From positions 32,001 through 96,000 of IMG/VR virus record IMGVR_UViG_3300041964_000083: a stretch of DNA of 64,000 bases; one strand, 5' to 3'. Shown here one piece after another: positions 50,085 to 59,084 of this stretch; the first letter of the stretch is position 1; each line of letters opens with the position of its first letter. Below the pieces are notes generated by a model. The model saw nothing but the letters and a program-made list of their open reading frames with translations. It was not told the DNA's origin and did not search any database. The translations under genes and the position numbers were made by a program. This DNA comes from a virus.

Positions 50085-52139
50085 GTGGCAACTCAACAAG
50101 ATTTAGATAAAACCTACCTCACTATCCTTCGTCGCATAATCGAGGAGCAGTTAGGCGATCGCGTAAATCGTTTTCTTTCGCTCAAATTCACTCCACAAGG
50201 CGTAACTGGTACATTCCTAAGTGAAGCTCGACGATTTAACTTCTCTGTTAATCCAACTGAAATCAAATATGGACTCGCTACAGAAAAGTTTGATAGTTAC
50301 GCCGTTGGTTCAGCCTCGAACCGTCTAGGGCTATCCCACTTACCACTAGGAACCGATGCGTACTCCTTAGCGTTCATGCAGGTATATGAACGGTTAGACG
50401 CGGGCAAAAAGAAGTGTGTGGTTGGTATTGGTTGTGGTGGAACCTGTATTAACAACAAGAAAATGTGTCGGTTGTTGGTTAAATCCCCTGAAACTAAAAA
50501 ACTGATACGAAAGCTAGGGGAGGTGCAGGATTATGTGCAGCGTAAACCTGGAAATGCCATACTTGCGCTACTTGGAGTCGCCGCAGTTGGAGCCGCAGCA
50601 TTTACCGCAGCCGCTTACTTTGCAGGAAAACCTAACTACAATGCAAAACCGTTAGAACCTCGATATCAGGGCAAGAAACCTACGGGTAAATTACCCAACA
50701 CAACGCCAAGAGCAGCGCGATCGTTTAAAACCCCTGCGTCAGAACCCGCACCACCCCCAGAACCACCTACTGTAGTTGTTGCGCCAGCCCAACCAACCGT
50801 AAACAAGCCACCAGTATCTGTAAAACGTACTCGTAAACCATCGACAAGCGTTCCAGAAGGTCAACTAGAGATTGATATGAATACTCGGTACGTAGAGACA
50901 GTGCGGGAGGTTAAGACCGTACCTGAAGATGTATCTGGGATAAAAGAATTGCCTATTGATCAAGTTAAAGTAGCACCGCGTTTGTTTCAGTACAAAATGC
51001 CAGAAGGGGTAGGCAAGCAAGCACAAAAAGATTTTAAAGAGAAAGGTGTAACAGGCGCATTAGCTGATGCTAAGGTATGGAACCCCAATTTGGCAGGAAG
51101 CTTGATGGTATGGCGCGTACCTAAAGGTGGGGTAAAAGATGGTGAAGGGAATCAGTTTGAAGAAGGTGAATCATTGTTGGTGCATGGACACCACCGATTA
51201 GCATTGGCTCAACGCGCGGAAGGTGTATTTGAGGGAGATCCGAGTACGGGTAAGGTTGTTCCCGGTAAGCCTGATAAGGTGCGCGTCGAGTTTATCAACG
51301 CACCTACTCCCAAAGAAGCACGGGTAGTGGGAGCGCTCCAGAATATTGCCCAAGGTGCGGGAACATCCAAGGATGCAGCGAATGTATTCCGAGAGCTTAA
51401 CGTCAATGACTCCAATCAACTAAAACAGTGGGGCATTTCACTTAAAGGGAAGGTTGCTGATGAAGGATTGGGGTTAGCTGGGCTTAACGATCATCTGTGG
51501 CGCAAGGTATCAGACCCTAGTTATCAGAAACAATCAGGGGAACGGAAACTTACGACAACGAGAGCTAGTGAAATTGGTAAGATTCGCAATCCTGACTTAC
51601 AGAATGAAGTTTGGGATGTGGTGCGTACCAGCGATGATGTAGACGATGATTTTGTGAAGTCGTTGAGCGATCGCGTACAGCGTCGATATGAGCGGGGTGA
51701 AATCGCATTCCAATCACCAGAAGCGGGTAACCAAATGTCGCTATTCGACCAAGCCAAGATTGCAGTGGCTGGTGAGAAAGAGCGGGCTGAAGCTGATTCA
51801 CATATCGAGCGACAGATTACGGATAATGATAAATTCTGGTCGGGTAAGCGGATGGGCGCGATTGCAGACCGATTAAAGTCAGAAAATGTTGGAGACTTGG
51901 ATTTAGACCGCGCTGGAGAAGTATCAGAACAGACCGCTAAAGTGCGTTGGCTCTACCGCAAGGCTAAATCCCTTCCCAATGACCCCAATGCTCAAGCAGT
52001 GGAATCTGCACTCAATAAGTTTGGAAACGAGATTCAGGCTGCGCGATCACAAGGGGCGGATAAAGCTGAAATCAAGAAGATTAAGGAGGCGCAATGGAAC
52101 GAAATGCAAAAACTTCTTACCGCGTTCTTAAACGGTTAA
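50085..52139 (+). CDS. Cys4-module protein with ParB/Srx-like payload
   Basis: Domain A, RLDA, Cys4 at 50415, TM, Pro-rich linker, FQYK...LMVWR...LVHGHHRL. Confidence 0.75.
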   Translation: MATQQDLDKTYLTILRRIIEEQLGDRVNRFLSLKFTPQGVTGTFLSEARRFNFSVNPTEIKYGLATEKFDSYAVGSASNRLGLSHLPLGTDAYSLAFMQVYERLDAGKKKCVVGIGCGGTCINNKKMCRLLVKSPETKKLIRKLGEVQDYVQRKPGNAILALLGVAAVGAAAFTAAAYFAGKPNYNAKPLEPRYQGKKPTGKLPNTTPRAARSFKTPASEPAPPPEPPTVVVAPAQPTVNKPPVSVKRTRKPSTSVPEGQLEIDMNTRYVETVREVKTVPEDVSGIKELPIDQVKVAPRLFQYKMPEGVGKQAQKDFKEKGVTGALADAKVWNPNLAGSLMVWRVPKGGVKDGEGNQFEEGESLLVHGHHRLALAQRAEGVFEGDPSTGKVVPGKPDKVRVEFINAPTPKEARVVGALQNIAQGAGTSKDAANVFRELNVNDSNQLKQWGISLKGKVADEGLGLAGLNDHLWRKVSDPSYQKQSGERKLTTTRASEIGKIRNPDLQNEVWDVVRTSDDVDDDFVKSLSDRVQRRYERGEIAFQSPEAGNQMSLFDQAKIAVAGEKERAEADSHIERQITDNDKFWSGKRMGAIADRLKSENVGDLDLDRAGEVSEQTAKVRWLYRKAKSLPNDPNAQAVESALNKFGNEIQAARSQGADKAEIKKIKEAQWNEMQKLLTAFLNG

Positions 52140-52478
52140 GTGAAGAGGAGCGCGATCGCGTATTGAAAGAATTTGTTCGCTTACAAGAGTTATCCCTTTC
52201 AGTTACCAAGGAAGACAGCGATATACCAGAGGCACATCCTGACACTTCTGCCTATATCGCCCCAATTTCGTGAACAAATGGCTTATTTGTATGGATGGGG
52301 GTTGTTAGTCAAGATTGGTGCAATCAAAAATGAAGTAATAGACAAAACCCTCTACAAAAAGTATGGGATAGCACCTGAATTCAGAAAAGGTAGAACGCGA
52401 TCACGTAAGCTTTGTTTCAATGTTTTCTAAAGGTTGGGTGGATGTTGATGTGCGATCGCGTATGGCATATAGCGTAAG

Positions 52479-52835
52479 TCAATCAAGTGGAACAAACTGA
52501 GAAAAGAATTTAGCTCCACCAAAAACCCCATTGGGATAGCTAGCATCAATTGTTATCCTACAATCATCTAATTTGGAATCGATGTACCAAACCCAGTAAT
52601 AGCGGTCTAACATATTGCCTGCACCAAACTGCCAATCCTTGATTCGGATAATCTCGTTACGAAACCGATACTCGCCATCTCGTACCAAATTGTTGCCATT
52701 AGTATCTACCACAGGGCACTCATCAGTATTAAAAACACTGCCAGTGTCTAAAACTCGATCAAACGCTTCAGTTAGTCTTGGGTCTTGGTTTAGCAGAAAA
52801 AGGTTTTGACGAATATTCTTGTGATTGTCGTTCAT
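52479..52835 (-). CDS. Hypothetical protein
   Basis: ATGA-coupled to the RHH gene. Confidence 0.6.
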   Translation of the reverse strand: MNDNHKNIRQNLFLLNQDPRLTEAFDRVLDTGSVFNTDECPVVDTNGNNLVRDGEYRFRNEIIRIKDWQFGAGNMLDRYYWVWYIDSKLDDCRITIDASYPNGVFGGAKFFSQFVPLD

Positions 52836-52984
52836 GATTTTACTGTTGTTTTTGGGTTAGGTAGTCTGTGGATGTACTGCCGAATGATTTCAGCCATCGG
52901 TTCGCCTTTAGCATCAGCCTTAGCTTTCAACTTTAAAAACTCATTTTCACTGAGCCTGATTTGAAGTCTGTGGGTCTTTGTCAT
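52832..52984 (-). CDS. Ribbon-helix-helix protein, paralog of 48897
   Basis: MTKTHRLQIRLSENEFLKLKAKADAKGEPMAEIIRQYI. Confidence 0.75.
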   Translation of the reverse strand: MTKTHRLQIRLSENEFLKLKAKADAKGEPMAEIIRQYIHRLPNPKTTVKS

Positions 52985-53169
52985 GAACTTATTGTACATT
53001 CAAGTAGATGTACAATGTCAAATAAGCAAAAAATAACCGCCTACTAAGAGACGGTAAATTGAAGAATAACTATGCACGATGCCATGCACACACTGTCGAA
53101 GTGTAGAGCAAAACAGAAGTGCTGATTTTATTTTACCTGTTTGCGATCGCGTAACACCTTTCCTCTAAA

Positions 53170-53188
53170 TGACAACGAATCGTTGTCA
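53170..53188. promoter_or_regulatory. 19-bp palindrome, copy 4
   Basis: TGACAACGAATCGTTGTCA. Confidence 0.75.
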
Positions 53189-53192
53189 AACC

Positions 53193-53220
53193 AAAAAAAT
53201 AACCGCCTTATCAGGGCGGT
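53193..53220 (-). terminator. Intrinsic terminator
   Basis: ACCGCC-loop-GGCGGT preceded by an A tract on the + strand. Confidence 0.6.
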
Positions 53221-53269
53221 GTATATAAGAAAAAAATGAAGAAACCCGATGAAGGGTTGCATTTATATT

Positions 53270-54043
53270 TTACCGACTAGCGAGCGCTTCCGCTTTATCC
53301 TTCTTGCTAATTTTCAAGAATCTAGGTGCAGTTTCAGATGGCATATTGAGTAGCGTGGAGAATTCAAATAAATCGTTGTCAGGCAAGAATTTCGTTGTCA
53401 TTTGGATGAATGCAGGTTGACCTTGGGCTTCTCTATCAAGTTTGGGGTTGAATCGGTACGGTTTGATGATTGGTCTATCCCAGCTGATGGGAACATGAGA
53501 AGCTTTCAAAGTTTTTAGTTTATCAGCAGGTGGCAACTCTTTAATGCGCGATCGCCTATCATCACTAAAATTCCGCAGCACCGTAACAACCGGATACTTG
53601 CAGACAGGGATATGCTGCCACAGTCCGCAGAGTCGAAATTCAAAATCCTGCAACTCTTTAGTAATGCTATCTTCTCGCGGTTTGTTGCCTTCAAACCCCA
53701 GTAAATTGAATGTTAGTTGGTGGGGAACATCGCGTCCGGGTAAGTGAATGACGCGAGGGTAAACGACAAGTCGCTGTTTCTTGCCTGTTCGTGCGATCGC
53801 GTACTTCAATGCCCGGAATGTCTGACGATTGATAGCATCCCCACCAAGCCGATATATGCTATCGCCTTGGTTTTCCATCACATAGCCAAGTCGATAGGAT
53901 TTATCACCAATTACAACAGACGCTTTACCTTCGTCTAGTTCAACATCAGCATAGAGTACACCAATGGCTTGAAATATCGAATCGGGTTGTGGGGTTTTGA
54001 GTAGCTGCGGCTTGGGTTTGGGAACGGGTTTGGTGATTACCAT
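53270..54043 (-). CDS. Hypothetical protein
   Basis: 257-aa clean ORF. Confidence 0.7.
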   Translation of the reverse strand: MVITKPVPKPKPQLLKTPQPDSIFQAIGVLYADVELDEGKASVVIGDKSYRLGYVMENQGDSIYRLGGDAINRQTFRALKYAIARTGKKQRLVVYPRVIHLPGRDVPHQLTFNLLGFEGNKPREDSITKELQDFEFRLCGLWQHIPVCKYPVVTVLRNFSDDRRSRIKELPPADKLKTLKASHVPISWDRPIIKPYRFNPKLDREAQGQPAFIQMTTKFLPDNDLFEFSTLLNMPSETAPRFLKISKKDKAEALASR

Positions 54044-54086
54044 CAGTATTTTTTCAAATTCCTGTTACATATGATATGCGATCGCG

Positions 54087-54581
54087 TTACTTTTCTGACG
54101 GTAATTTAATGTGCCCCAACTTAGTCAATTCACTCAAGACTTCACTCAACTGAGCTGCATAATCCGTTTCGAGAGCACGGAGTTGTTGTTCAAACTCCAC
54201 TTGTAACTGACGTTTTGCGTACTCATGCCGAGTTTCTAGTAATTTAATAGCTATTTGGCGCTCGGAAACAATGCGTTTTCTTAATTCCAAAAGACTCTGG
54301 ATTTGAATGCTCCATCCGGAAGTTGGTCGGCGTAACTCAACGCTACGGTTTTCTTGTCTGTTTACAACTATTTCCCAACAGGGAAAATTTAAAACGTAGT
54401 CTATCAAGTGTCTTTTGCACCCCAAAGAATACAGGTTAGCCGATAACAAATCGTCAGTTAATGTGTAATCACCTTCATCAGGAAAGTTATATTCCGACTG
54501 AAAGAATTGATTCGTTGGTTTGTATTTTAGAAGCAGCATATTTTTGTCTGTTTTTTGAAGATTCAATCGCCGCTTGCTCAA
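54087..54581 (-). CDS. Hypothetical protein
   Basis: Downstream of the HTH gene; start uncertain. Confidence 0.5.
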   Translation of the reverse strand: MSKRRLNLQKTDKNMLLLKYKPTNQFFQSEYNFPDEGDYTLTDDLLSANLYSLGCKRHLIDYVLNFPCWEIVVNRQENRSVELRRPTSGWSIQIQSLLELRKRIVSERQIAIKLLETRHEYAKRQLQVEFEQQLRALETDYAAQLSEVLSELTKLGHIKLPSEK

Positions 54582-54756
54582 ACTCAGCCAAAGTACATCG
54601 ATACACTTCCAAAGCCAACCGTGTCTCCGTGGGCGTTAATGTTGGCACAAAGCGACCTGTTTCCCAATTGCTGATAGTTGTGTGACTTTTGCCGAGCGTA
54701 GCCGCAACCTGTTCTCGACGTAACCCAGTTTTTTCCCGTAACTCACGTAAGTCCAA
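54487..54756 (-). CDS. XRE-family HTH regulator
   Basis: LRELREKTGLRREQVA..LG...TISNWETGRFVP. Confidence 0.85.
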   Translation of the reverse strand: MDLRELREKTGLRREQVAATLGKSHTTISNWETGRFVPTLTPTETRLALEVYRCTLAEFEQAAIESSKNRQKYAASKIQTNESILSVGI

Positions 54757-54897
54757 TGTACTAACAGTCTCTAATTTGTATTGTTTTCTTGTTCAGTATA
54801 CAATATTTACAGAAAATTAAAAGCGATCGCGTTTCTCGACTGGACATCTGGAATTACGCGATCGCCTTACCCCACACACATGAAGGGCTAACAGCAT

Positions 54898-55614
54898 ATG
54901 CTAACAGTCAATGAGCGCAATGGTTTACTTGTTGTTGATTCTCGATTGATCGCCAAGCGGCTAGGGATTCAGCACAAGAACTTCTTAGGAACTATCGACA
55001 AATATTCAGCCAAAATGGCTGAAAGCCTCATTGTTAAAGCACCCGCGTTTGAAACGCGCCTGGTTAAGCGCCAACAAGGTGGTAGTTTTGAAGACCGATG
55101 GGCGTGGCTAACAGAACCACAAGCTAACTTCTTGATGACGTTATCGCGAAATACCGATGAAGTTGTTCAATGTAAACTTGAGTTGGTTGAAGCGTTTGAA
55201 AAAGCTAAGAATAAACTGCGATCGCGCACAGATGTTTCTCAAGCCTCCCTTGTAGGTCATTGGGCAGAACGTCAGCGCCTGTTTATCCAGCGCACGACTA
55301 TCCCTAGCGGTTGGTTCTGTATTTTCCAAGAGCTGGCACAGTTAATGTGGCAATTAGAAAATTTGGGGTATGTTATCCCTGACTATAGTCCTGTGGATAA
55401 CTCGCGGATAATCCCGGATATCTCAATTGGGCGAATGTTCTGTAGTAATATGCGGTCAAAAGGGTATGCGGTGGGTGCAAAAACCCAGAAGTACCCGCAC
55501 TGGTATCCGGGCTGGAAGTTGCCAGTCAAAGCCAATATCTATCCCAATGCTTGGTTAGAGGAGTTCCGAGCTTGGTTTGATAACCAATGGAAACCGAATA
55601 ATTTGTTACGGTAA
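54898..55614 (+). CDS. Rha-family antirepressor-like protein with a C-terminal domain shared with 61753
   Basis: VVDSRLIA..LGIQHKN...LTEPQANFLMT...KLELVEAF. Confidence 0.75.
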   Translation: MLTVNERNGLLVVDSRLIAKRLGIQHKNFLGTIDKYSAKMAESLIVKAPAFETRLVKRQQGGSFEDRWAWLTEPQANFLMTLSRNTDEVVQCKLELVEAFEKAKNKLRSRTDVSQASLVGHWAERQRLFIQRTTIPSGWFCIFQELAQLMWQLENLGYVIPDYSPVDNSRIIPDISIGRMFCSNMRSKGYAVGAKTQKYPHWYPGWKLPVKANIYPNAWLEEFRAWFDNQWKPNNLLR

Positions 55615-55621
55615 ACCGAAT

Positions 55622-57541
55622 CTAAAGGTCGTCTATCCAGTCAGCAGACTCTGGCGCTTTTACGAGCTGGATGTAGAATGCTGCTACAGAAAACATGGTG
55701 GCATAGAACAAGTCATCTATGTTGTTTTGCCCTCGACTCCACCGACCTGTAGCGGAATCATAACTAGGTCCTGTGAAGTGGACAAGGGGCGATCGCTCAC
55801 TTGGGTTACCAAACCATTGCTCCCACTCTGGAGGGAGACGGTACAAAGGAAGGTCATCAAACCCAGGTTTTAAGAATCCCACCAATACTTGTTTGAGAAA
55901 CATCTCGTTGCGTATTGCCCAACATGGGTATTCAATCCCTCCATCAAATACCGTTGTCTCTTTCACAGCATCTTTAAGTCCTGGCTTTTGGTCTGCCATC
56001 TCAAGGCAAGTGGTGCGGCATAGTTCCGATGCATCAGCACGGTCTGGTTCGTTATCAATAATTCCGTAGGTTACGTTATATTCCCTGAGCTTATCGGGTA
56101 TCGCGTTGCGCTGTACGTCTCCACCAAATAAGATCACTCGCGTACTTTGCTCCATGATTTCAGATATAGACAAACGGCTGTAAAGAGGTGGGTAGTAAAA
56201 GCCTGTAATAACTAACCAATCCTCGCCACGTCCTTGGTCTACTCCAGCTACTACAACATCCGGGCGAATCATTGGACGAGGAGCCGCGATCGCACTCCTC
56301 AGCATATCCAACGTAATATTTCCAAGCTCAGATTCAGATGGATGTCCTAAACGCTGCTGCTGCCAATCTCGATTGTTATAAGTGTCTATTCCTTCCCGAA
56401 TAATCTCAGCCGCTAAGTTATATTCGGTTAGGCGTAGTAGTGGGCTAAGGTTAATCCCTACCTTCCATCGTCGCTTAGGAATACCTTCTGGCAATTCATC
56501 TAAAAACTGACGTAATGGTTTTCCAGTCTTGCGACATTGAAACCAAGCGTTTTGACGTTTCTTGTCTGCTATAGGCTGCCCACATTCAGAACACGCAAAC
56601 CACGCCGTATTTACTGCATCCCCTTTATTTTCGCAATGCCATTCAACTGGACGACCAATCTCAGATAGATAGGATATCTTCTCTTCCCCTACCGAATCAG
56701 TTCGTTTTATTGGTTTGAGTAAACATCCCTTAGGGTCAAGCGCGATCGTTGTGCCGCAGTTATCGCAAGAGCAGTGCGGGTAGAAGTAGTGGTCTGCACT
56801 CTCAATAGATAGCTCAATACCATTTCCTGCTCCAGGTGTTCCTAGTTCTCGAATTGGTTGTGATGGTAAGCGTGATGCATCAAGACGGCGAACTAAAGGG
56901 TCGCCCGCACCCATTGGATACTGGCTACGCTCTTCTTGAAATAAGATGTCGCGACTAGTTCCTACAGCAATACCACCCGCTGCTGCACCGCCTTCATTCT
57001 TTGCCTTGGCGCTAGTGCTGACATAAGTAAACTGTGCTGACACACTCCCCAATTGGTAGAGCGTATTGTTTCGCACTCCTTCACTAGAACGCCCAACTTT
57101 AATATTTCGAGATGCTAACCATTGGCGAATAACTGGACGAAAGTTACTGGGTACTTGTAAATCCAAAGTCCGCTCTTGATCATAAGACCAGAGTGTATTG
57201 AGTCGTCCTTCGGTAAGACAAAAACAAACCAGTAACGTGTGGAGTAGCGTTTTCCCAACTTGGGCACAACCCGATGCAAGTGTAATTTTCACCCGGAAAT
57301 CGCCAATCATTTCGGCATACTCTTCGTGCCACGGGTAAAGCGTTAGGCGATCGCCCCTTTCGTTTACGCCCCATTTCTTCACTGCCGCAACAAACGGTTT
57401 ACCACCCAATATGTAGCACTGCTCGATAAAGCGATCGCGTGCCATAGGGTCATAAGGTAAGACCTGATTCTTAGATTTCCCTGCCTCCGCCATCATCTTC
57501 TTGTTGGCGTGTGTCAGCTGGGAGATTGGTTGTATCTGCAT
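55622..57541 (-). CDS. terL: Terminase large subunit (lambda gpA-like)
   Basis: AQVGKT Walker A, ILFQEE Walker B variant, GTP coupling motif, CxxC pairs, GVDQG nuclease motif; follows terS. Confidence 0.82.
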   Translation of the reverse strand: MQIQPISQLTHANKKMMAEAGKSKNQVLPYDPMARDRFIEQCYILGGKPFVAAVKKWGVNERGDRLTLYPWHEEYAEMIGDFRVKITLASGCAQVGKTLLHTLLVCFCLTEGRLNTLWSYDQERTLDLQVPSNFRPVIRQWLASRNIKVGRSSEGVRNNTLYQLGSVSAQFTYVSTSAKAKNEGGAAAGGIAVGTSRDILFQEERSQYPMGAGDPLVRRLDASRLPSQPIRELGTPGAGNGIELSIESADHYFYPHCSCDNCGTTIALDPKGCLLKPIKRTDSVGEEKISYLSEIGRPVEWHCENKGDAVNTAWFACSECGQPIADKKRQNAWFQCRKTGKPLRQFLDELPEGIPKRRWKVGINLSPLLRLTEYNLAAEIIREGIDTYNNRDWQQQRLGHPSESELGNITLDMLRSAIAAPRPMIRPDVVVAGVDQGRGEDWLVITGFYYPPLYSRLSISEIMEQSTRVILFGGDVQRNAIPDKLREYNVTYGIIDNEPDRADASELCRTTCLEMADQKPGLKDAVKETTVFDGGIEYPCWAIRNEMFLKQVLVGFLKPGFDDLPLYRLPPEWEQWFGNPSERSPLVHFTGPSYDSATGRWSRGQNNIDDLFYATMFSVAAFYIQLVKAPESADWIDDL

Positions 57542-58061
57542 CGAGTGGTGTTACTTCCCATGCGCCAGAGTCACTTTGTCGTAGCACTAAACCGTATTTG
57601 CGAAGCGTCGCGATCGCACGGTTGAAATCGTTATCCAATCCCAAGTGCTGCATTACAAGTTTGAGTGCAGTTTTCTTGTCATGTAACTTGGCATAAGTCT
57701 TGGTACTTTTGCCAGCTTCAATCTGTCCTACTTCCTGGATTGCCGCGATCGCCCAATCAGGTAAGACATCACTATTCTTGAGTGAGAAATTACTATTCGA
57801 GAATGAAGTTACATCGGTAATTCTGGAGAAGGCAATATAAGATAATTCTTCTAAGACGCGATCGGCTGTTATCTGGGTTCTACGCGATCGCTCCGCCTGG
57901 AGTCTAGCTATCTCAAATTGTATGTCATGTTTTGACATATTTAGATCTGCGACTTGGCGTGCAGATCTCGCGCTATACCCAGCCCGTATAGCCGCCTGAG
58001 TCCCATTCAGGTCAACAATGTACTCTATACAGAACTGGCGTTGTTTGTTTGTTAAAGACAA
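57471..58061 (-). CDS. terS: Terminase small subunit
   Basis: LTNKQRQFCIEYIVDLNGTQAAIRAGYS; ITADRVLEEL..IAF; KLHDK..AL. Confidence 0.92.
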   Translation of the reverse strand: MSLTNKQRQFCIEYIVDLNGTQAAIRAGYSARSARQVADLNMSKHDIQFEIARLQAERSRRTQITADRVLEELSYIAFSRITDVTSFSNSNFSLKNSDVLPDWAIAAIQEVGQIEAGKSTKTYAKLHDKKTALKLVMQHLGLDNDFNRAIATLRKYGLVLRQSDSGAWEVTPLDADTTNLPADTRQQEDDGGGREI

Positions 58062-58231
58062 TTCTCGTGGGAGATAGACTATTACTAGTTTACGTTATGC
58101 GATCGCACACCAAAGACATATGGAAAAAAATAGAAGTTAGCTTCTATAGCAAACGATCGCGCACACAAACATTGATGATAACGGGGAAGCGATCGCACAC
58201 ATCTGCCAAAATTACTTAACCAAGCGTTGAA

Positions 58232-58471
58232 ATGCTGTTATCGGAACTATGCGATCGCGCAAAAATCAAATATTCAACCGCGATCGCAGTAGTACTCGGC
58301 TGCAAGAAGCTCAAACCGTCACTGGCAATATTCCACACCTGCCAGCCAAAACCTGTCCAACTTAAGAAATTCGGCACAGGTTTCCCCAACACCCCATACC
58401 GTTGCCCTTGCTGTGATGTGTTGGTTAGAAACCCAAATGAGTTGAATTACGATGTTTTAGTGAGCAAATGA
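58232..58471 (+). CDS. Small HTH/Zn-ribbon-like hypothetical protein
   Basis: HTC and CPCC motifs; the stop lies in palindrome copy 5. Confidence 0.4.
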   Translation: MLLSELCDRAKIKYSTAIAVVLGCKKLKPSLAIFHTCQPKPVQLKKFGTGFPNTPYRCPCCDVLVRNPNELNYDVLVSK

Positions 58472-58487
58472 CAACGCATCGTTGTCA
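58469..58487. promoter_or_regulatory. 19-bp palindrome, copy 5
   Basis: TGACAACGCATCGTTGTCA. Confidence 0.75.
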
Positions 58488-58520
58488 AACAAAAACACCC
58501 CGTCACAACGACGGGGTGTG
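58488..58520 (-). terminator. Intrinsic terminator
   Basis: ACACCCCGTC-loop-GACGGGGTGT with an A-rich flank. Confidence 0.65.
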
Positions 58521-58625
58521 TCGCCCAAGACAAGCGACGATAAGAAAATTGTTCCAGAATTCTATTCTACTGCCTTGTAAACGTGAACGTTATTTCTTAA
58601 CTAATGCGATCGCGTCTCCCTTTGT

Positions 58626-59015
58626 TCAATTTTTGAACCCGTACACGTAATATTCGTAACCGTTAGATAAGTTGCATCCACCCATAACGCAAATAAGTTT
58701 CAACTTGGGGTTATCAAAATACGCTCTCAAAAACGCTTCTGCGTATCGGGCTGTTCTTGGTGATGCGCCTGAATCCTTTGCTTTCTCGCTTGCCGCTTCT
58801 GCTTTCGTCCTATCCCATTGCCAGATGCGATCGCTATACTCCCATGTCAAACCATCTTCTTGATGACCATAAATAACTTGAGGCTTTTTCCAGATTTTTT
58901 GCTGATAACTTGGGTACTGAAGGCGTTGATCTGGGTCTAATGTTGGAATAATTGCTGGTAGCTGATATTCTTTGGCAATGCCATGCGCCATTTCAAACCA
59001 TTCTTCGTCCATCAT
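58626..59015 (-). CDS. Hypothetical phage protein
   Basis: Clean ORF in the leftward operon. Confidence 0.6.
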   Translation of the reverse strand: MMDEEWFEMAHGIAKEYQLPAIIPTLDPDQRLQYPSYQQKIWKKPQVIYGHQEDGLTWEYSDRIWQWDRTKAEAASEKAKDSGASPRTARYAEAFLRAYFDNPKLKLICVMGGCNLSNGYEYYVYGFKN

Positions 59016-59084
59016 CGCTTTATCCTTGCAATTTGTTGAGTAGACGCAAGTCCTAATAATGTACGGTGCGATCGCGTCTCCCCT

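Noticed and set aside
13839-50468. Cys4 motifs as RiPP/bacteriocin precursors or ferredoxins
   Set aside because: No modifying enzymes or transporters are nearby, the motifs are embedded in large modular proteins, and the spacing does not fit CxxCxxCxxxC.
58468-58650. 60-aa ORF starting in palindrome copy 5
   Set aside because: It spans a palindrome and a terminator and is probably non-coding.
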